Assembly (NCBI GenBank): GCA_012032135.1
Contig: JAAURS010000001.1
Span: 1 to 43,161 of the forward strand
Reading direction: 5' to 3'
Source: Acaryochloridaceae cyanobacterium RU_4_10
GTDB lineage: Bacteria > Cyanobacteriota > Cyanobacteriia > Thermosynechococcales > Thermosynechococcaceae
DNA length: 43,161 bases
Shown: positions 8,545 through 19,344 of the stretch, piece by piece
How positions within the stretch are numbered: position 1 is the first letter of the stretch
How the letters are laid out: each line of letters begins with the position of its first letter
Position numbers and translations under genes: made by a program
Notes under the pieces: model-generated
The model's input: only the letters and a program-made list of their open reading frames with translations
The model's database searches: none
What the model was told of the DNA's origin: nothing

Positions 8545-8844
8545 ATGCCCCACCTTATCATCCGACCGCTTGCCGAACAAGATCTTGATGACATCTGGGA
8601 TTACATCGCCATCAGCAACTCAGACCAAGCGGAAAAAGTTCTTCGTCACCTGTATGAAAAAATGGGCACCCTTGCTCATAATCCATATTTGGGCAGAGAG
8701 CGAAAAGAAATTGAACTGGGTTTACGCAGTTTTCCAGTAGGAAGCCACATCATATTTTACTATCCGTTATCCGAAGGAATTGAAATAGTACGAGTACTTC
8801 ATGGGGCAAGAGATATTCAAGATATTTTTGAATCAGGAATATGA
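8545..8844 (+). CDS. RelE/ParE family toxin
   Basis: AEQDLDDIWDYIA...P.LGRER..I..GLRSFPVGSHIIFY...IEIVRVLHGARDI. Confidence 0.9.
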   Translation: MPHLIIRPLAEQDLDDIWDYIAISNSDQAEKVLRHLYEKMGTLAHNPYLGRERKEIELGLRSFPVGSHIIFYYPLSEGIEIVRVLHGARDIQDIFESGI

Positions 8845-8913
8845 CTCACACGAGTAGCCATGTGCAGCAGATACGATTGGGGCTTATTCCACTAAGTGGA
8901 CTCTGGGTGCGGA

Positions 8914-8956
8914 GCGATCGCTCAAATCAAACTGAAGCGTGGGTTATGCGATCGCC
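8914..8956 (+). repeat. Copy 2 of 43-bp HIP1-bounded direct repeat
   Basis: GCGATCGC-N26-GCGATCGCC, similar to 8157-8199. Confidence 0.8.
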
Positions 8957-8959
8957 TAA

Positions 8960-9016
8960 GCCATGTCTTCAGCGATAGACCGTCTCCAGCAGGCAAACGC
9001 TACTGCATGAATGGCG
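8960..9016 (+). pseudogene. Degenerate relic of the msrB 3' end (copy 2 of 57-bp repeat)
   Basis: Encodes HVFSDRPSPAGKRYCMNG versus msrB HVFIDGPPPTGKRYCMNG. Confidence 0.9.
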
Positions 9017-9026
9017 AGAAAATACC

Positions 9027-9719
9027 TTAATTCTTATAAATCGTAGGAAATAGCTTTTGAAGCTGTTTGATTTTGGGCAGATCGTGGATTACCACATAGG
9101 GATACTTTGGATTCCGAGTGATGAAGTTTTGATGGTAGCTTTCCGCCGCATAAAACTTATCTAATGGGACGAGCTGCGTTGCGATCGGTTTATTAAAACT
9201 CTTTGCTCGATCGAGTTGTTGGATATAAGCTTGCGCGACCTGTTTTTGCCGATCGTTAGCAAAAAATATTGCCGAACGGTATTGTGGCCCTTCATCTGGT
9301 CCTTGCCGATTTACTGCGGTAGGGTCATGTGCAACAGAAAAGTAGACCTTCAGAAGTTGGCCATAGGTGATTTGAGACGGATCGTAGGTGATTTGGACTG
9401 CCTCAGCGTGCTTTGTTTGTCCCGTACTGACCCTTGAATAGTTTGCAGTTGTTGCGCTATCCCCAGAAAATCCAGAGACCACATTAGACACCCCATTGAG
9501 GTGTTCAAAAACCGCTTCCATACCCCAGAAACAACCACCTGCCAACACCACAACCTGTTCTCCCTTGGCTGTAGCCTTGGGAATATCGGTAGCAGGATTG
9601 GGAATAGCTCCCGTTGCCATTGAACTTGAGCTGCGTAAGATGTTGCTCGCCAAGACAGCACTCAAGGTCAAGATAGATAGACTATAGAGAATCGGGCGCG
9701 TAAAATTTCGAGTTGACAT
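9027..9719 (-). CDS. msrA: Peptide-methionine (S)-S-oxide reductase MsrA with signal peptide
   Basis: LAGGCFWGME, HAEAVQITYDP, HDPT..NRQG.D.G.QYRSAIF, AESYHQ. Confidence 0.95.
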   Translation of the reverse strand: MSTRNFTRPILYSLSILTLSAVLASNILRSSSSMATGAIPNPATDIPKATAKGEQVVVLAGGCFWGMEAVFEHLNGVSNVVSGFSGDSATTANYSRVSTGQTKHAEAVQITYDPSQITYGQLLKVYFSVAHDPTAVNRQGPDEGPQYRSAIFFANDRQKQVAQAYIQQLDRAKSFNKPIATQLVPLDKFYAAESYHQNFITRNPKYPYVVIHDLPKIKQLQKLFPTIYKN

Positions 9720-9864
9720 GGGAGGGACATTCCTAGGGCTGCGCGATCGTGTGTATTATCCTAGGTTGACGCTTGATGCTGAATATTTGCTGAATTTGAG
9801 CTGAACGTTTTGAAAAATTTATCGATATTGCGATCGCATCATTTCAAGAAACTAGGAGAATAAC

Positions 9865-10302
9865 GTGAATCTGCCATCATTTTTGTGGTTGTGGAAAATT
9901 GCGGCTTGGTCTATGGGTTTCTCTCTAGTTGCCTACACTGGGCTAGCCCTCACTGGGTTTTGGATGTCCTATACCCGCCGGACCCAAACACCCCGACCGT
10001 TGTGGTGGCGGACGGTGCATTTTGGCCTTGGCGTGACATTGGTGACGTTGGCGATCGGCTTGCTGGCCATTGGAATTGTAGGGACTTTAGGGCATTACGG
10101 TACCCTGGGGCATTCTATTCATGGTCCGATCGGTCTGGCAGTCGTCAGTCTAGCCGTATGTTCCGCCTTTGTAGCACTGCAAATTAAAGGGGACAACCAT
10201 CAAGCTAGAACGCTACATATTAGATTGAATCTTGCACTAGGAGCGGCGTTGCTCTTGGTGCTTGGGACGGGATGGATTGTGGTTCAGAAATATTTGCCGT
10301 GA
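9865..10302 (+). CDS. DUF4079-type cyanobacterial membrane protein
   Basis: MNLPSFLWLWKIAAWSMG...IGIVGTLGHYG.LGHS.H...VVQKYLP with four hydrophobic segments. Confidence 0.7.
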   Translation: MNLPSFLWLWKIAAWSMGFSLVAYTGLALTGFWMSYTRRTQTPRPLWWRTVHFGLGVTLVTLAIGLLAIGIVGTLGHYGTLGHSIHGPIGLAVVSLAVCSAFVALQIKGDNHQARTLHIRLNLALGAALLLVLGTGWIVVQKYLP

Positions 10303-10308
10303 CTTTGG

Positions 10309-10334
10309 GAGGGCGCGAGGTATTGCGCCCCTAC
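10309..10334. repeat. GTAG-type REP-like hairpin between convergent genes (possible terminator)
   Basis: The minus strand reads GTAGGGGCGCAATACCTCGCGCCCTC, with a GGGCGC/GCGCCC stem. Confidence 0.55.
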
Positions 10335-10347
10335 CTCAAATTGTCAG

Positions 10348-11397
10348 TTAGCGGAACGGAATGGGATACAGAAGACCGCCCTTCGACCACAGATTGTTAG
10401 GTCCCCTTTCAAACTTGAGCGGCGTTTTGGGACCTACATTGCGATCGTAAATTTCACCGTAGTTACCCACATGTTTCACCACACGGGCAGCAAAATCCTT
10501 GGAAAGTCCTAAGGATTCACCCAATGTCTCTTCATTGCCTAAAAAGCGCTTCACAACGGGGTCTTTGCTACTGGCAAAAGTAGTCAGATTTTTAGAGGTA
10601 ATGCCCAATTCTTCGGCTTCCATTGTGGCAAAGACCACCCATTTCACCACATTGCTCCACTGAACGTCATTATTGTTGGTGGCAGGGGCTAGGGGTTCTT
10701 TGGAAATGACTTCATCCAGGATGACATGCTCTTCTGGTTTGGACAGCTTGGAGCGCCGAGACATGAGCTGCGATCGATCTGAGGTAACGCCCTCGCATCG
10801 GCCTTGACTGTAGGCGGCATAGGCTGCGTTGATATCTTCAAAGACGACTGGATTGTAGGCAACGCTTAATTTCCGCATCTGGTCGGATACGTTGCGCTCG
10901 TTAGTGGTGCCACTTTGAGTACAGATGGAGCGCTTTTGGAAGTCTTTTAAGGTTTTAATCCCGCTGCTTTTGCGGACCATGATGTTTTGGCTATCGTAAA
11001 AAACGACAGGGGCAAATGCGAGTTTATTGGTAGTCTCCCGTGAAAGGGTCCAAGTTGTATTGCGGCTGAGGACATCAATTTCGCCCGTTTGCAGCGCAAC
11101 AAACCGTTCTTTGGCATTGAGGGAACGGTACTCTACCGCATTGGGGTCGTCAAACACAGCCGCTGCGATCGCCCGACAAATATCTACATCCAATCCTGAA
11201 TAATTACCCTGTTTGTCAATAAAGCTAAAGCCTGGTAGTTCGCCACTGACCCCGCACTTCAGTTGGCCACGGTCTTTTATAGCCTTAAGTTGACCTGTTG
11301 CCGTTGAAGTAGATTCTGGCTTAGAGGAGCCGCCGCAGCCTGCCAAAATGCCCATCAAGATCGCACTGGTTACAGTCAAAGAAAATCGTTTTAGCAT
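10348..11397 (-). CDS. General/acidic amino acid ABC transporter substrate-binding lipoprotein (NatF/AapJ/BztA family)
   Basis: LAGC lipobox, CGVSGELPGFS, GLDVDICRA, SRNTTWT, ISKEPLAP, VGNYGEIYDRN, GGLLY..PFR. Confidence 0.9.
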   Translation of the reverse strand: MLKRFSLTVTSAILMGILAGCGGSSKPESTSTATGQLKAIKDRGQLKCGVSGELPGFSFIDKQGNYSGLDVDICRAIAAAVFDDPNAVEYRSLNAKERFVALQTGEIDVLSRNTTWTLSRETTNKLAFAPVVFYDSQNIMVRKSSGIKTLKDFQKRSICTQSGTTNERNVSDQMRKLSVAYNPVVFEDINAAYAAYSQGRCEGVTSDRSQLMSRRSKLSKPEEHVILDEVISKEPLAPATNNNDVQWSNVVKWVVFATMEAEELGITSKNLTTFASSKDPVVKRFLGNEETLGESLGLSKDFAARVVKHVGNYGEIYDRNVGPKTPLKFERGPNNLWSKGGLLYPIPFR

Positions 11398-11522
11398 AAC
11401 GGAATAACCATCAATTAATAAGTTTCAGCAGTGGTTTGAAGTTGGGGCAGCAATTTATTGATGAGTTTACCATTGTGCGATCGCTGGACTTTGATGCCAA
11501 AACTGTTCTGTAGGTGTTGGAG

Positions 11523-11664
11523 CAATACTGTTCGGTTAAGGTTTATCCATCATTACACTCAGCCCCCCAGCCCCCCAATTTGGGGGTTCTGAACTCAAAG
11601 TCCCCCAATTGGAGGGATTTAGGAGGCGAGTGCAATGTCTTTGCTTCTTATACGAACAGTATTG
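11523..11664. repeat. Nested inverted-repeat small dispersed element (MITE/REP-like)
   Basis: Outer IR CAATACTGTTCGGTTAAG / CTTATACGAACAGTATTG, inner IR CATTACACTC / GAGTGCAATG, and a core of CCCCCAATT..GGGG hairpins. Confidence 0.75.
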
Positions 11665-11785
11665 GATGTTGGAAGAGGGTACTCAGGAATGCAAAGATAT
11701 CGAATGGTACAAAATCTTGGCCCATTAATCCGTTCTGGTTTTCACTGACACAAGACCCACCATCGCACTGAGGTAAGTTGAGACG

Positions 11786-13469
11786 ATGATCGATGCACCT
11801 TTTGTTTGGGTGTTGGTTATCCTAGGTGCCGCCTATGCGTGCGATCGCCTTTTAGTCCGCGTTCTAGGCCAGACCAAACAATGGTCAGAACAGCATTTAC
11901 AGCCCTCCGAACGGCTTTGGATTTATCTGCTGGGGATTTTGTTGCGGGCAGGATTGTGGTTGGTGCGATCGCAGGTGTCGTCACGCAACTGTCGTCTTTG
12001 AAGGTATTTTCAGGGGTGTTGGGTTCGGGGTGGCCTCGGTTCCTGGGACAATCGGCCAATGGATAAACATGCCAATCGCGGATCTGGGACGGACGAAACT
12101 ATCCCTGAATACGATTGTTACGGCCTGCATTGCAGCGATCGCCATTTTTATTGGAGCGCGATTGTTGAGCCAATCCATCAAACGGTGGTTTTTGGGACAA
12201 TCGCGGATGGAGCGCGGGATGCAGGAGGCAATCTCGACGCTCATCACCTATGCGATCGCAGTTTTGGGTGTAGTCATTGTCTTGCAAACCATTGGTCTGG
12301 ACCTCAGCTCGCTAACGGTTTTAGCTGGGGTTCTGGGATTGGGATTTGGGTTGGGGTTGCAGGAATTAGCCAGTAACTTTGTGAGCGGACTGACGCTCTT
12401 GTTCGAACAGCAGCTTCGGGTCGGAGACTTTGTCGAAATTGATGGCTTGTTTGGCACCATCGAACAAATTTCCATTCGTTCTACCATTCTCCGTACGACG
12501 GACCAACGCCATATCATTGTGCCGAATCATAAAGTTTTTCAGAATAATGTGACCAACTGGAGCTATCAAACCCTGGATACTCGCATCCACGTCTCGGTCC
12601 ATGTTGCGTTTGGAAGCGATACGGTTTTGGTGACGGAAACGCTACTGATGGCGGCACGGATGGAGTCTAGGGTATTGCACCATCCACCGCCAACGGTGTG
12701 GTTTAAGGCATTTGGCGAAAATGCTTTGGAATTTGAGTTGCTGGTATGGATTAATGAACCCCATGATTTTAGTGAAATTACGAGTACGCTTAACTTCCTA
12801 ATCGAGCAAGAACTTCGTCGTGAGGGAATTGAAATTCCTTTTCCGCAAAGAGAGTTGCGCCTGCGAGATGCATCTTGGTTGGAACGTTCAGAGCTTCCTT
12901 CAGCGGCGAAACAACGCGAAACGCCTGAACCAGAACGCACTCCAAAAGAACGTGCCAGAACACAGCCCATGCGATCGCTGCGATTTTTGCTCAGACAGGT
13001 CAGTTTTTTTGCCCACTGTAGCGATCCGCAACTGCGAGTCTTAATCGAACAAGGGTATCGACGCTTTTTTCGTCCCGGACAGGTAATTTTCCAAGAAGGG
13101 GAGATGGGCGATACGTTTCATATCATTCTGAAAGGCCATGTGGAGGTGGTTTCAGAAAAACTCAAACAGGAAATTGCGATTCTGAAGCCAGGAGACTTTT
13201 TTGGCGAGATTTCTTTGTTTACGGGTCTGCCCAGATCGGCGACGATTCGAGCAGTGGACGATACTACTTTGTTTGTGGTAGACCATCGAGCATTGAAAAC
13301 CCTGTTGCAAAATTATCAAGAGCTAGCCGAACAAATTGCTGAATCTTTAGCCCAGCGCCAGCAAGTTTTAAAAGAGCTGGGGATTCTGACACCTGAGATG
13401 TCCCAGAACGAAATCGATGCGCCGTTATGGTGGATTCGGCAACGCATTCAGACTTTATTTGGGCTTTAA
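11786..13469 (+). CDS. MscS mechanosensitive channel with C-terminal cNMP-binding domain (apparent frameshifts near 11961 and 12029)
   Basis: GLGFGLGLQELASNFVSGL, VGDFVEIDG..GTI..ISIRST, EIPFPQREL, GDFFGEISL..GLPRSAT. The hydrophobic N-terminal part is spread over three frames. Confidence 0.85.
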
Positions 13470-13972
13470 GGCGTCTGATTGAGGTTTTGATAGAGAGTAG
13501 ACAACGGCAGGAACATGACTAGCGAATTATCTTCCAAGCTAGTAAAACCATAACTTTCATAATAAACTTTTGCAGCAGCATCCTTTGCATCCACAAATAA
13601 GCCGATCCCCCCTGCATTTTCCGCAACAATTACAGCGCGTTGCATTGCCTCAACCATCAAAATTCCTCCTAACCCTTTGCGTTGAAAGGTTTGAGCCACA
13701 GCTAATCGCGCTAGCTTGACAGCAGGAATTTGGAGTGGATATTTCTTGGCTAACTGCGGTGAAAGGGTTGCCGAACGGACTTCACACAAAGATAGCGTAA
13801 AGAAACCCATAATGATGTTGGGTTGCTCTGTATTAACAAGAACAAAAGTGCGGGAAATTCCTTTCTGAATATGCTGTCTTGCGGTTTGCCTTAGGAATTG
13901 ATTGAGCGCTTCACTTCCACAGTCAAAATCATCGCGATCGTGACGCTTTTCAAGCAGTTCAATGATTTTCAC
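13466..13972 (-). CDS. GNAT acetyltransferase toxin (AtaT/TacT-like)
   Basis: HDRDDFDCG, IPAVKLARLAV..FQRKGLG, VDAKD..A..YY..YGF. Confidence 0.9.
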   Translation of the reverse strand: MKIIELLEKRHDRDDFDCGSEALNQFLRQTARQHIQKGISRTFVLVNTEQPNIIMGFFTLSLCEVRSATLSPQLAKKYPLQIPAVKLARLAVAQTFQRKGLGGILMVEAMQRAVIVAENAGGIGLFVDAKDAAAKVYYESYGFTSLEDNSLVMFLPLSTLYQNLNQTP

Positions 13973-14246
13973 TCAACACGGTCCTGTGATTTTTAACTGC
14001 TGCCGCAAGGCGTGCAGTTGGAGGGGGTGGATTTTCAATTAGCTCAAATATTTTATTTGCATCGCGTTCCGATAAAGTAATAAGCCGCTCATCTTCCAAA
14101 ATTTTATGAGCTTCTTTGAGCGCTGCTTGAACCATAAATTGGTTTAAGGTTGCACCTGACAGGTCAGCCGCTCGTTTTAATGTTTCTCTGATACTGCCTG
14201 AAACCCTTGCAGTGACTCGCTCTGCTTTTTCCTGACTGTGTGTCAT
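13959..14246 (-). CDS. DUF1778 family antitoxin
   Basis: ERVTARV...LKRAADLSGATLNQF...LIENPPPP..RL, overlapping the GNAT start. Confidence 0.88.
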   Translation of the reverse strand: MTHSQEKAERVTARVSGSIRETLKRAADLSGATLNQFMVQAALKEAHKILEDERLITLSERDANKIFELIENPPPPTARLAAAVKNHRTVLSENH

Positions 14247-14377
14247 GGTATTTAACTGAATGGTTGTTACTACTATCCTACCCAAATGGTGACAAAATGG
14301 CACCACTTCAAATGCGCGGCCATCTCAAAAAAGAGCGGCACAATTGTTCAGTTCAAGCTTAAATAGGTGAATGTTCG

Positions 14378-16056
14378 TTGTGCGTAATCTTTGTGACTGA
14401 AACGTCTAAATCCCCCCAACGCTCCATAGCCAGTATTGCCGCTATTGTGGCGATCGCCACCCTCATTAGTAAAGTTGCTGGCTTGGTCAGACAAGTGGCC
14501 ATTGCCGCAGCCTTTGGAACTGGACCTGCCTTTGACGCCTATAACTACTCTTACGTCATCCCCAGCTTTTTCTTGATCTTGCTAGGGGGCATTAATGGCC
14601 CGTTCCATAGCGCCATTGTCAGCGTGTTAGCCAAACGCCCCAGAGAAGAAGCCGCACCTTTGGTAGAAACCATTACCACCCTAGTGGGCGGGATCTTGAT
14701 TGTCTTTACCATTGCAATGATGGTCTTTGCCGAACCCTTATTGCACTTGGTTGCACCGGGCCTCTTTATTACCCTGGAACAGGCCAAAAGTCCTGAGAAC
14801 TTTCAGATTATTTTGCAAACCAAGGCGATCGCCATTGAGCAGCTCCGCATCATGGCTCCCATGACCTTATTTGCTGGACTCATCGGGATTGGATTTGGCT
14901 CCCTCAATGCTGCGGATTTATACTGGCTACCCTCCGTCAGTCCTCTGTTGTCCAGTTTGACCGTCATTTTAGGCATCGGGGGCTTAGCAATAGCCTTGGG
15001 AAGTAAAATCATCGACCCGCAATACGTTCACCTTGGCGGGATGGTTCTAGCCTATGGCTCCTTGGCGGGTGCGGTGTTGCAATGGTTGGTCCAAGTTCCA
15101 GCTCAGTGGAAAGCCAACATGGGAACCTTGCGCCTGCGATTTAACTTTCGTCGGCCAGGGGTTAAAGAGGTGATGGATGTTTTAGGGCCTGCTACCTTTT
15201 CTTCGGGAATGATGCAGATTAACGTTTACGTTGCCTTAGCCTTTGCCTCCTATATTCCCTACGCAGCATCGGCCTTGGGGTATTCCACCCTACTCGTGCA
15301 AACGCCTCTGGGCATTTTGTCCAACATGATTTTAGTGCCGTTGATGCCCATCTTTTCCAAATTGACTGACCCTCAAGATTGGCCGGAACTGAAAGGTCGG
15401 ATTCGGCAGGGCATGATGTTGACTGCGGTCACCATGTTGCCGTTGGGTGCGTTGATGATGGCTTTGGCCTACCCCATTGTCCAAGTCATCTACCAACGCG
15501 GTGCCTTTGGCAGTGATGCCTCAGATATTGTGGCGAAGGTATTGATTGCCTATAGCTTGGGAATGTTTGTATATCTGGGTCGGGATGTTTTGGTCCGAGT
15601 GTTTTATGCGTTGGGTGATGGCGACACCCCTTTCCGCATCAGCATGGTGAATATTGGGATTAATGCTTTAATGTGCTTCGTGTTTGTCAGATTTTTGAAT
15701 TTCGGAGCACCTGGATTGGTACTGGCCACGGTGAGCGTCAATATTTTTCCACGATCGCATTACTTTGGATATTGAATAAGCGCCTCAATGGACTTCAGTT
15801 GCGATCGTGGATTGCACCCATGCTGAGCCTGATGGTAGCCAGTATCTTAGCGGGTGGAGCTAGTTGGGGTATTTTGTTTGGGATTCAACAACTGGTAGGA
15901 AAACAAGGGTTTATTGGGTTATTACTGGAACTCAGCTTGGCAGGAGCGATCGGTTTGCTTATTTTTGGGTTAATCACAGCTCGTCTGAAGATACCCGAAT
16001 TCGATTTGTTTATTAAACGACTTAAGGGACGTTTGCCTGCATTTTTGAAACGCTAA
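14378..16056 (+). CDS. murJ: Lipid II flippase MurJ (MviN), 1-nt frameshift at ~15745
   Basis: ISKVAGLVRQ, LLGGINGPFHSA, VIYQRGAF, RDVLVRVFYALGD. The C-terminus continues in ORF 15673..16056 after a T5 run (T6 restores the frame). Confidence 0.92.
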
Positions 16057-16110
16057 GGAGGTACTTGCAAACGCACGATGGTCCCGCCTCAATCTCTCAA
16101 TCTTGCATTC

Positions 16111-16539
16111 ATGCAAATTCCACAAGTTGTTCTTGACACCAACATCCTCGTTTCAGGGCTACGTTCTAGACGCGGCAGTGCCTTTCGGATATTGACCTTA
16201 GTGGGTACTGGATGTTTCGATATCCATTTATCCGTTCCCTTGGTTTTAGAGTATCGAGAAGTTTTACTTCGAGAACTGAATAATCTATATGTTACAGAAA
16301 CGGACATTGAGGACTTAATTGCATTTCACTGCAATATTGCGACTCGACATCGCATCTTTTTTCTGTGGCGACCTCACTTACGAGACCCAAAAGACGATAT
16401 GGTGCTGGAGCTGGCAGTCAAAGCCAGATGTGATAGCGTAGTGACGTATAACCTGCGTGACTTCGTTGGAATCGAGCAGTTTGGACTGAGCGCGATTACC
16501 CCAGCGGAATTTTTGAAATCGATTGGAGTTTTGCCATGA
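16111..16539 (+). CDS. PIN family putative toxin
   Basis: VVLDTNILVSGLRS..GSAF, WRPHLRDPKDDMVLELAV, VTYNLRDF. Confidence 0.88.
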   Translation: MQIPQVVLDTNILVSGLRSRRGSAFRILTLVGTGCFDIHLSVPLVLEYREVLLRELNNLYVTETDIEDLIAFHCNIATRHRIFFLWRPHLRDPKDDMVLELAVKARCDSVVTYNLRDFVGIEQFGLSAITPAEFLKSIGVLP

Positions 16540-16781
16540 GCAGCCTCAGCGTTCAACTTCCTGATTCACTATACAAAAGCTTGCAAGAACTTGCCCAACA
16601 AGACGGTATTTCTATCGACCAGTTTATTTCAACAGCAATTGCAGAGAAAATTTCAGCCCTGACAACAGAAACCTATCTACAGCAATTAGCGCAACAAGGC
16701 AATCGAGCAAGTTATGATGCTGTCTTAGCTAAAGTACCGGATGTCGAACCAGACCCCTACGACAGGTTGCCATCAGTCTAA
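16536..16781 (+). CDS. RHH/CopG-type antitoxin (downstream of the toxin)
   Basis: MSSLSVQLPDSL...DGISIDQFISTAIAEKISAL...VPDVEP. ATGA overlap with PIN. Confidence 0.82.
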   Translation: MSSLSVQLPDSLYKSLQELAQQDGISIDQFISTAIAEKISALTTETYLQQLAQQGNRASYDAVLAKVPDVEPDPYDRLPSV

Positions 16782-16823
16782 ATCACCCATTAAAAACAGA
16801 CTCAGGAATGCGATCGCTATGCA

Positions 16824-17180
16824 ATGGAAGCACATCAAAATCTCTTGATAGTGACTAAGCAAGAATTTTACCAAAATAAACACATCACGGCGTATGAATG
16901 GTGGCTGTATGACTGTGATTTGCCAGATCGATTAACTTGGGCAAGGCTTCGTGTGTTCAATGATGGTACGGCAGACTCATGTTTCTGTGAGGGAGGAATG
17001 TTGTATGGGTTTAAAAATAGAGATTATGCCAGTTATATTTTGAGCGAGGATGAATTTACCCGCTTTGAACGAATGGATGAAGAAGACGAACAGGAGTACG
17101 GAATTAAGCTAGCGGATATCCAATGTCCCATTTGGCAAGAGCATCCCGAACAGCCTTTTAAATATCTTGGAACGTATTGA
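16824..17180 (+). CDS. Hypothetical protein
   Basis: 118-aa acidic/aromatic ORF (LTWARLRVFNDGTA...LSEDEF). No family recognised. Confidence 0.6.
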   Translation: MEAHQNLLIVTKQEFYQNKHITAYEWWLYDCDLPDRLTWARLRVFNDGTADSCFCEGGMLYGFKNRDYASYILSEDEFTRFERMDEEDEQEYGIKLADIQCPIWQEHPEQPFKYLGTY

Positions 17181-17230
17181 ATCACGTTCCTACTTGGGTA
17201 CCTTAAACAAGAGTATTCCAGAGATTCTTC

Positions 17231-17401
17231 ATGGATTTGCCGCCTTCAAAGACGCATCGCTTTTCAGGACAAGATATTTATCAGCGCCTGTCCTACAACA
17301 TCCAGAAGGTTGTCAAAGGCCAACCGATCGCCATTCACAAACTGCTTGCCGCCTTTGTCAGCGCCATTTCTGTAGAAGAAATTTTCACCGTAAAGCAGTA
17401 G
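17231..17401 (+). pseudogene. 5' fragment of a MoxR-like AAA+ ATPase
   Basis: Hand translation MDLPPSKTHRFSGQDIYQRLSYNIQKVVKGQPIAIHKLLAAFVS, which diverges just before the expected GHVLLE/Walker A. Confidence 0.5.
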
Positions 17402-17659
17402 GTGAAGCAGGTTAGGTCAGCCCAGAATTGAATGCATTTCAAAATCAATCACCCGATCAAGCGAACATACCTAATAACAAGTAAAATAGAATAACCTAAC
17501 AAGGTAGTGCCGCTAGTCTTTCCCTCTTCCCCACCGTCACTACTAATATCAAATACAAACTTGCGATCGCCTATTGCCCTTTTTAGGGTTGACCCTCATG
17601 AAAGATTGTTTCTCCGCTAAGATATTCCTTGAGCACCCCTTAGTGAATTTTAATCTTTA

Positions 17660-19108
17660 ATGTCTGCTATTCCTAAAGACCATTCAACTTCATCCCCTTC
17701 TCTTTGGTCCCTCAAGTACGAACCTGAATTTGAGTCTTTAGGAGAAGACTACGCCGATATTGTAGCAGCGGCAGATTTTCCAATGCATCTGTTGCGGTTC
17801 CGCAATGATGATGTTTTGGGCAAGCTGGGCTTGAATCCCACACAAGTACCCAACCAAGATTTTATTGAAGCCTTTGGTCAGTTTCGAGGACGCAGTCCGT
17901 TGCTGGCAATGCGCTATCACGGCTACCAATTTGGAGACTACAACCCTCGCTTAGGAGATGGGCGCGGCTTCCTCTACGGTCAAGTTCGCGGCACCGATGG
18001 AGAACTCTACGATTTTGGGACCAAAGGGTCTGGGACCACACCCTATTCACGGGGCGGGGATGGACGGTTGACCCTCAAAGGTGGGGTGCGGGAAGTCATT
18101 GCTTCTGAAGCGCTGCATTATTCTGGGGTACGCACCTCCCGATGTCTCAGCCTTATTGAAACGGGCGAATCACTCTGGCGTGGAGATGAGCCGTCTCCTA
18201 CGCGATCGTCTGTGATGGTGCGCTTCAGTCGTTCTCATATCCGCTTCGGCACCTTTGAAAGACTTTACGCGCTTCAGCGACCGGATTTGATTCGCAAGTT
18301 GTTAGACCATGTCATTGAAACGTACTACCCTCACTTAGCCAAGGAGGACGATCGCGACACGCTTTTCTATGCAGAACTGGTTCGGCGGACGGCGGAATTG
18401 ACGGCTCAGTGGATGTCTGTGGGGTTCTGTCATGCGGTGTTGAATACGGACAATATGTCTATTACGGGGGAGAGTTTTGACTATGGCCCGTTTGCCTTTA
18501 TCCAGACTTACGATTTAAAGTTTGCGGCGGCTTATTTTGACCATTTTGGTCGGTATAGTTATGGCAACCAACCCAGCATTTGTAAGTGGAATCTGGAAAT
18601 GTTGCAGTATCCGTTAGCCCTTGTCATGCCCAAGTCCGCTCTGGATGAGGGTCTAAAGGAATTTGAAGGGGCGTACTACAAAACCTATCGCCAGCGAATG
18701 ATGCAAAAGCTAGGGTTTGCCCAATCGGATTCTTCCGAAGCAGAAGATTTATTGTCTTATACGCTGGGTTTCTTACAATCCACGCAGGTAGGCTATCCAG
18801 ATTTCTTTGCCGAATTGCGAAAGTCCTTCACAGACCTTTGGCTGACGGATGCCGGACATATTGTCAGCGATTCGACGCTACTCAATAAACCCGAGTGGGC
18901 GGAGTTATTGGATGTGTGGCGATCGCTCTACTACCGCCTGTTATCTCAGTTGTCTGAAGGAGAAAGGGCTGAGGTGGGCGATCGTCTGCGTCAACATAAT
19001 CCTTTGACTGTACCCGTTAGACCTGAGATTGAACGGGTGTGGGAAGCAATTTCTACGGATGATAATTGGCAACCTTTCTACAATCTGCTCCAGCAGTTCC
19101 CAAACTAG
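17660..19108 (+). CDS. selO: Protein adenylyltransferase SelO/YdiU
   Basis: YHGYQFG....[52 protein letters not shown]. Confidence 0.92.
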   Translation: MSAIPKDHSTSSPSLWSLKYEPEFESLGEDYADIVAAADFPMHLLRFRNDDVLGKLGLNPTQVPNQDFIEAFGQFRGRSPLLAMRYHGYQFGDYNPRLGDGRGFLYGQVRGTDGELYDFGTKGSGTTPYSRGGDGRLTLKGGVREVIASEALHYSGVRTSRCLSLIETGESLWRGDEPSPTRSSVMVRFSRSHIRFGTFERLYALQRPDLIRKLLDHVIETYYPHLAKEDDRDTLFYAELVRRTAELTAQWMSVGFCHAVLNTDNMSITGESFDYGPFAFIQTYDLKFAAAYFDHFGRYSYGNQPSICKWNLEMLQYPLALVMPKSALDEGLKEFEGAYYKTYRQRMMQKLGFAQSDSSEAEDLLSYTLGFLQSTQVGYPDFFAELRKSFTDLWLTDAGHIVSDSTLLNKPEWAELLDVWRSLYYRLLSQLSEGERAEVGDRLRQHNPLTVPVRPEIERVWEAISTDDNWQPFYNLLQQFPN

Positions 19109-19344
19109 CGATCGTTTGGTTCAGGTCGAGCTGGAGTCTGAACCACCTCTTCCCTTAAGGGCAGAACCCGCCATGAATACGCTGCAAATTCTTCCCCCAA
19201 TACTATTCGGTTGTGGTCGTGACCCACTCACTCACCCAAGACCCAATCATTGTCGTCGTTATCGGATCTGTCATTTTTGCTCCCCCACCGTCATGCTTCT
19301 GTCATTTTAGGCCAGGGATAGCGGCGATCGCATTTTCCAACAAG

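Noticed and set aside
19109-19330. Possible gene remnant (MTDPITTTMIGSWV...) on the minus strand between selO and yoeB
   Set aside because: Too short and interrupted to assign without a search.
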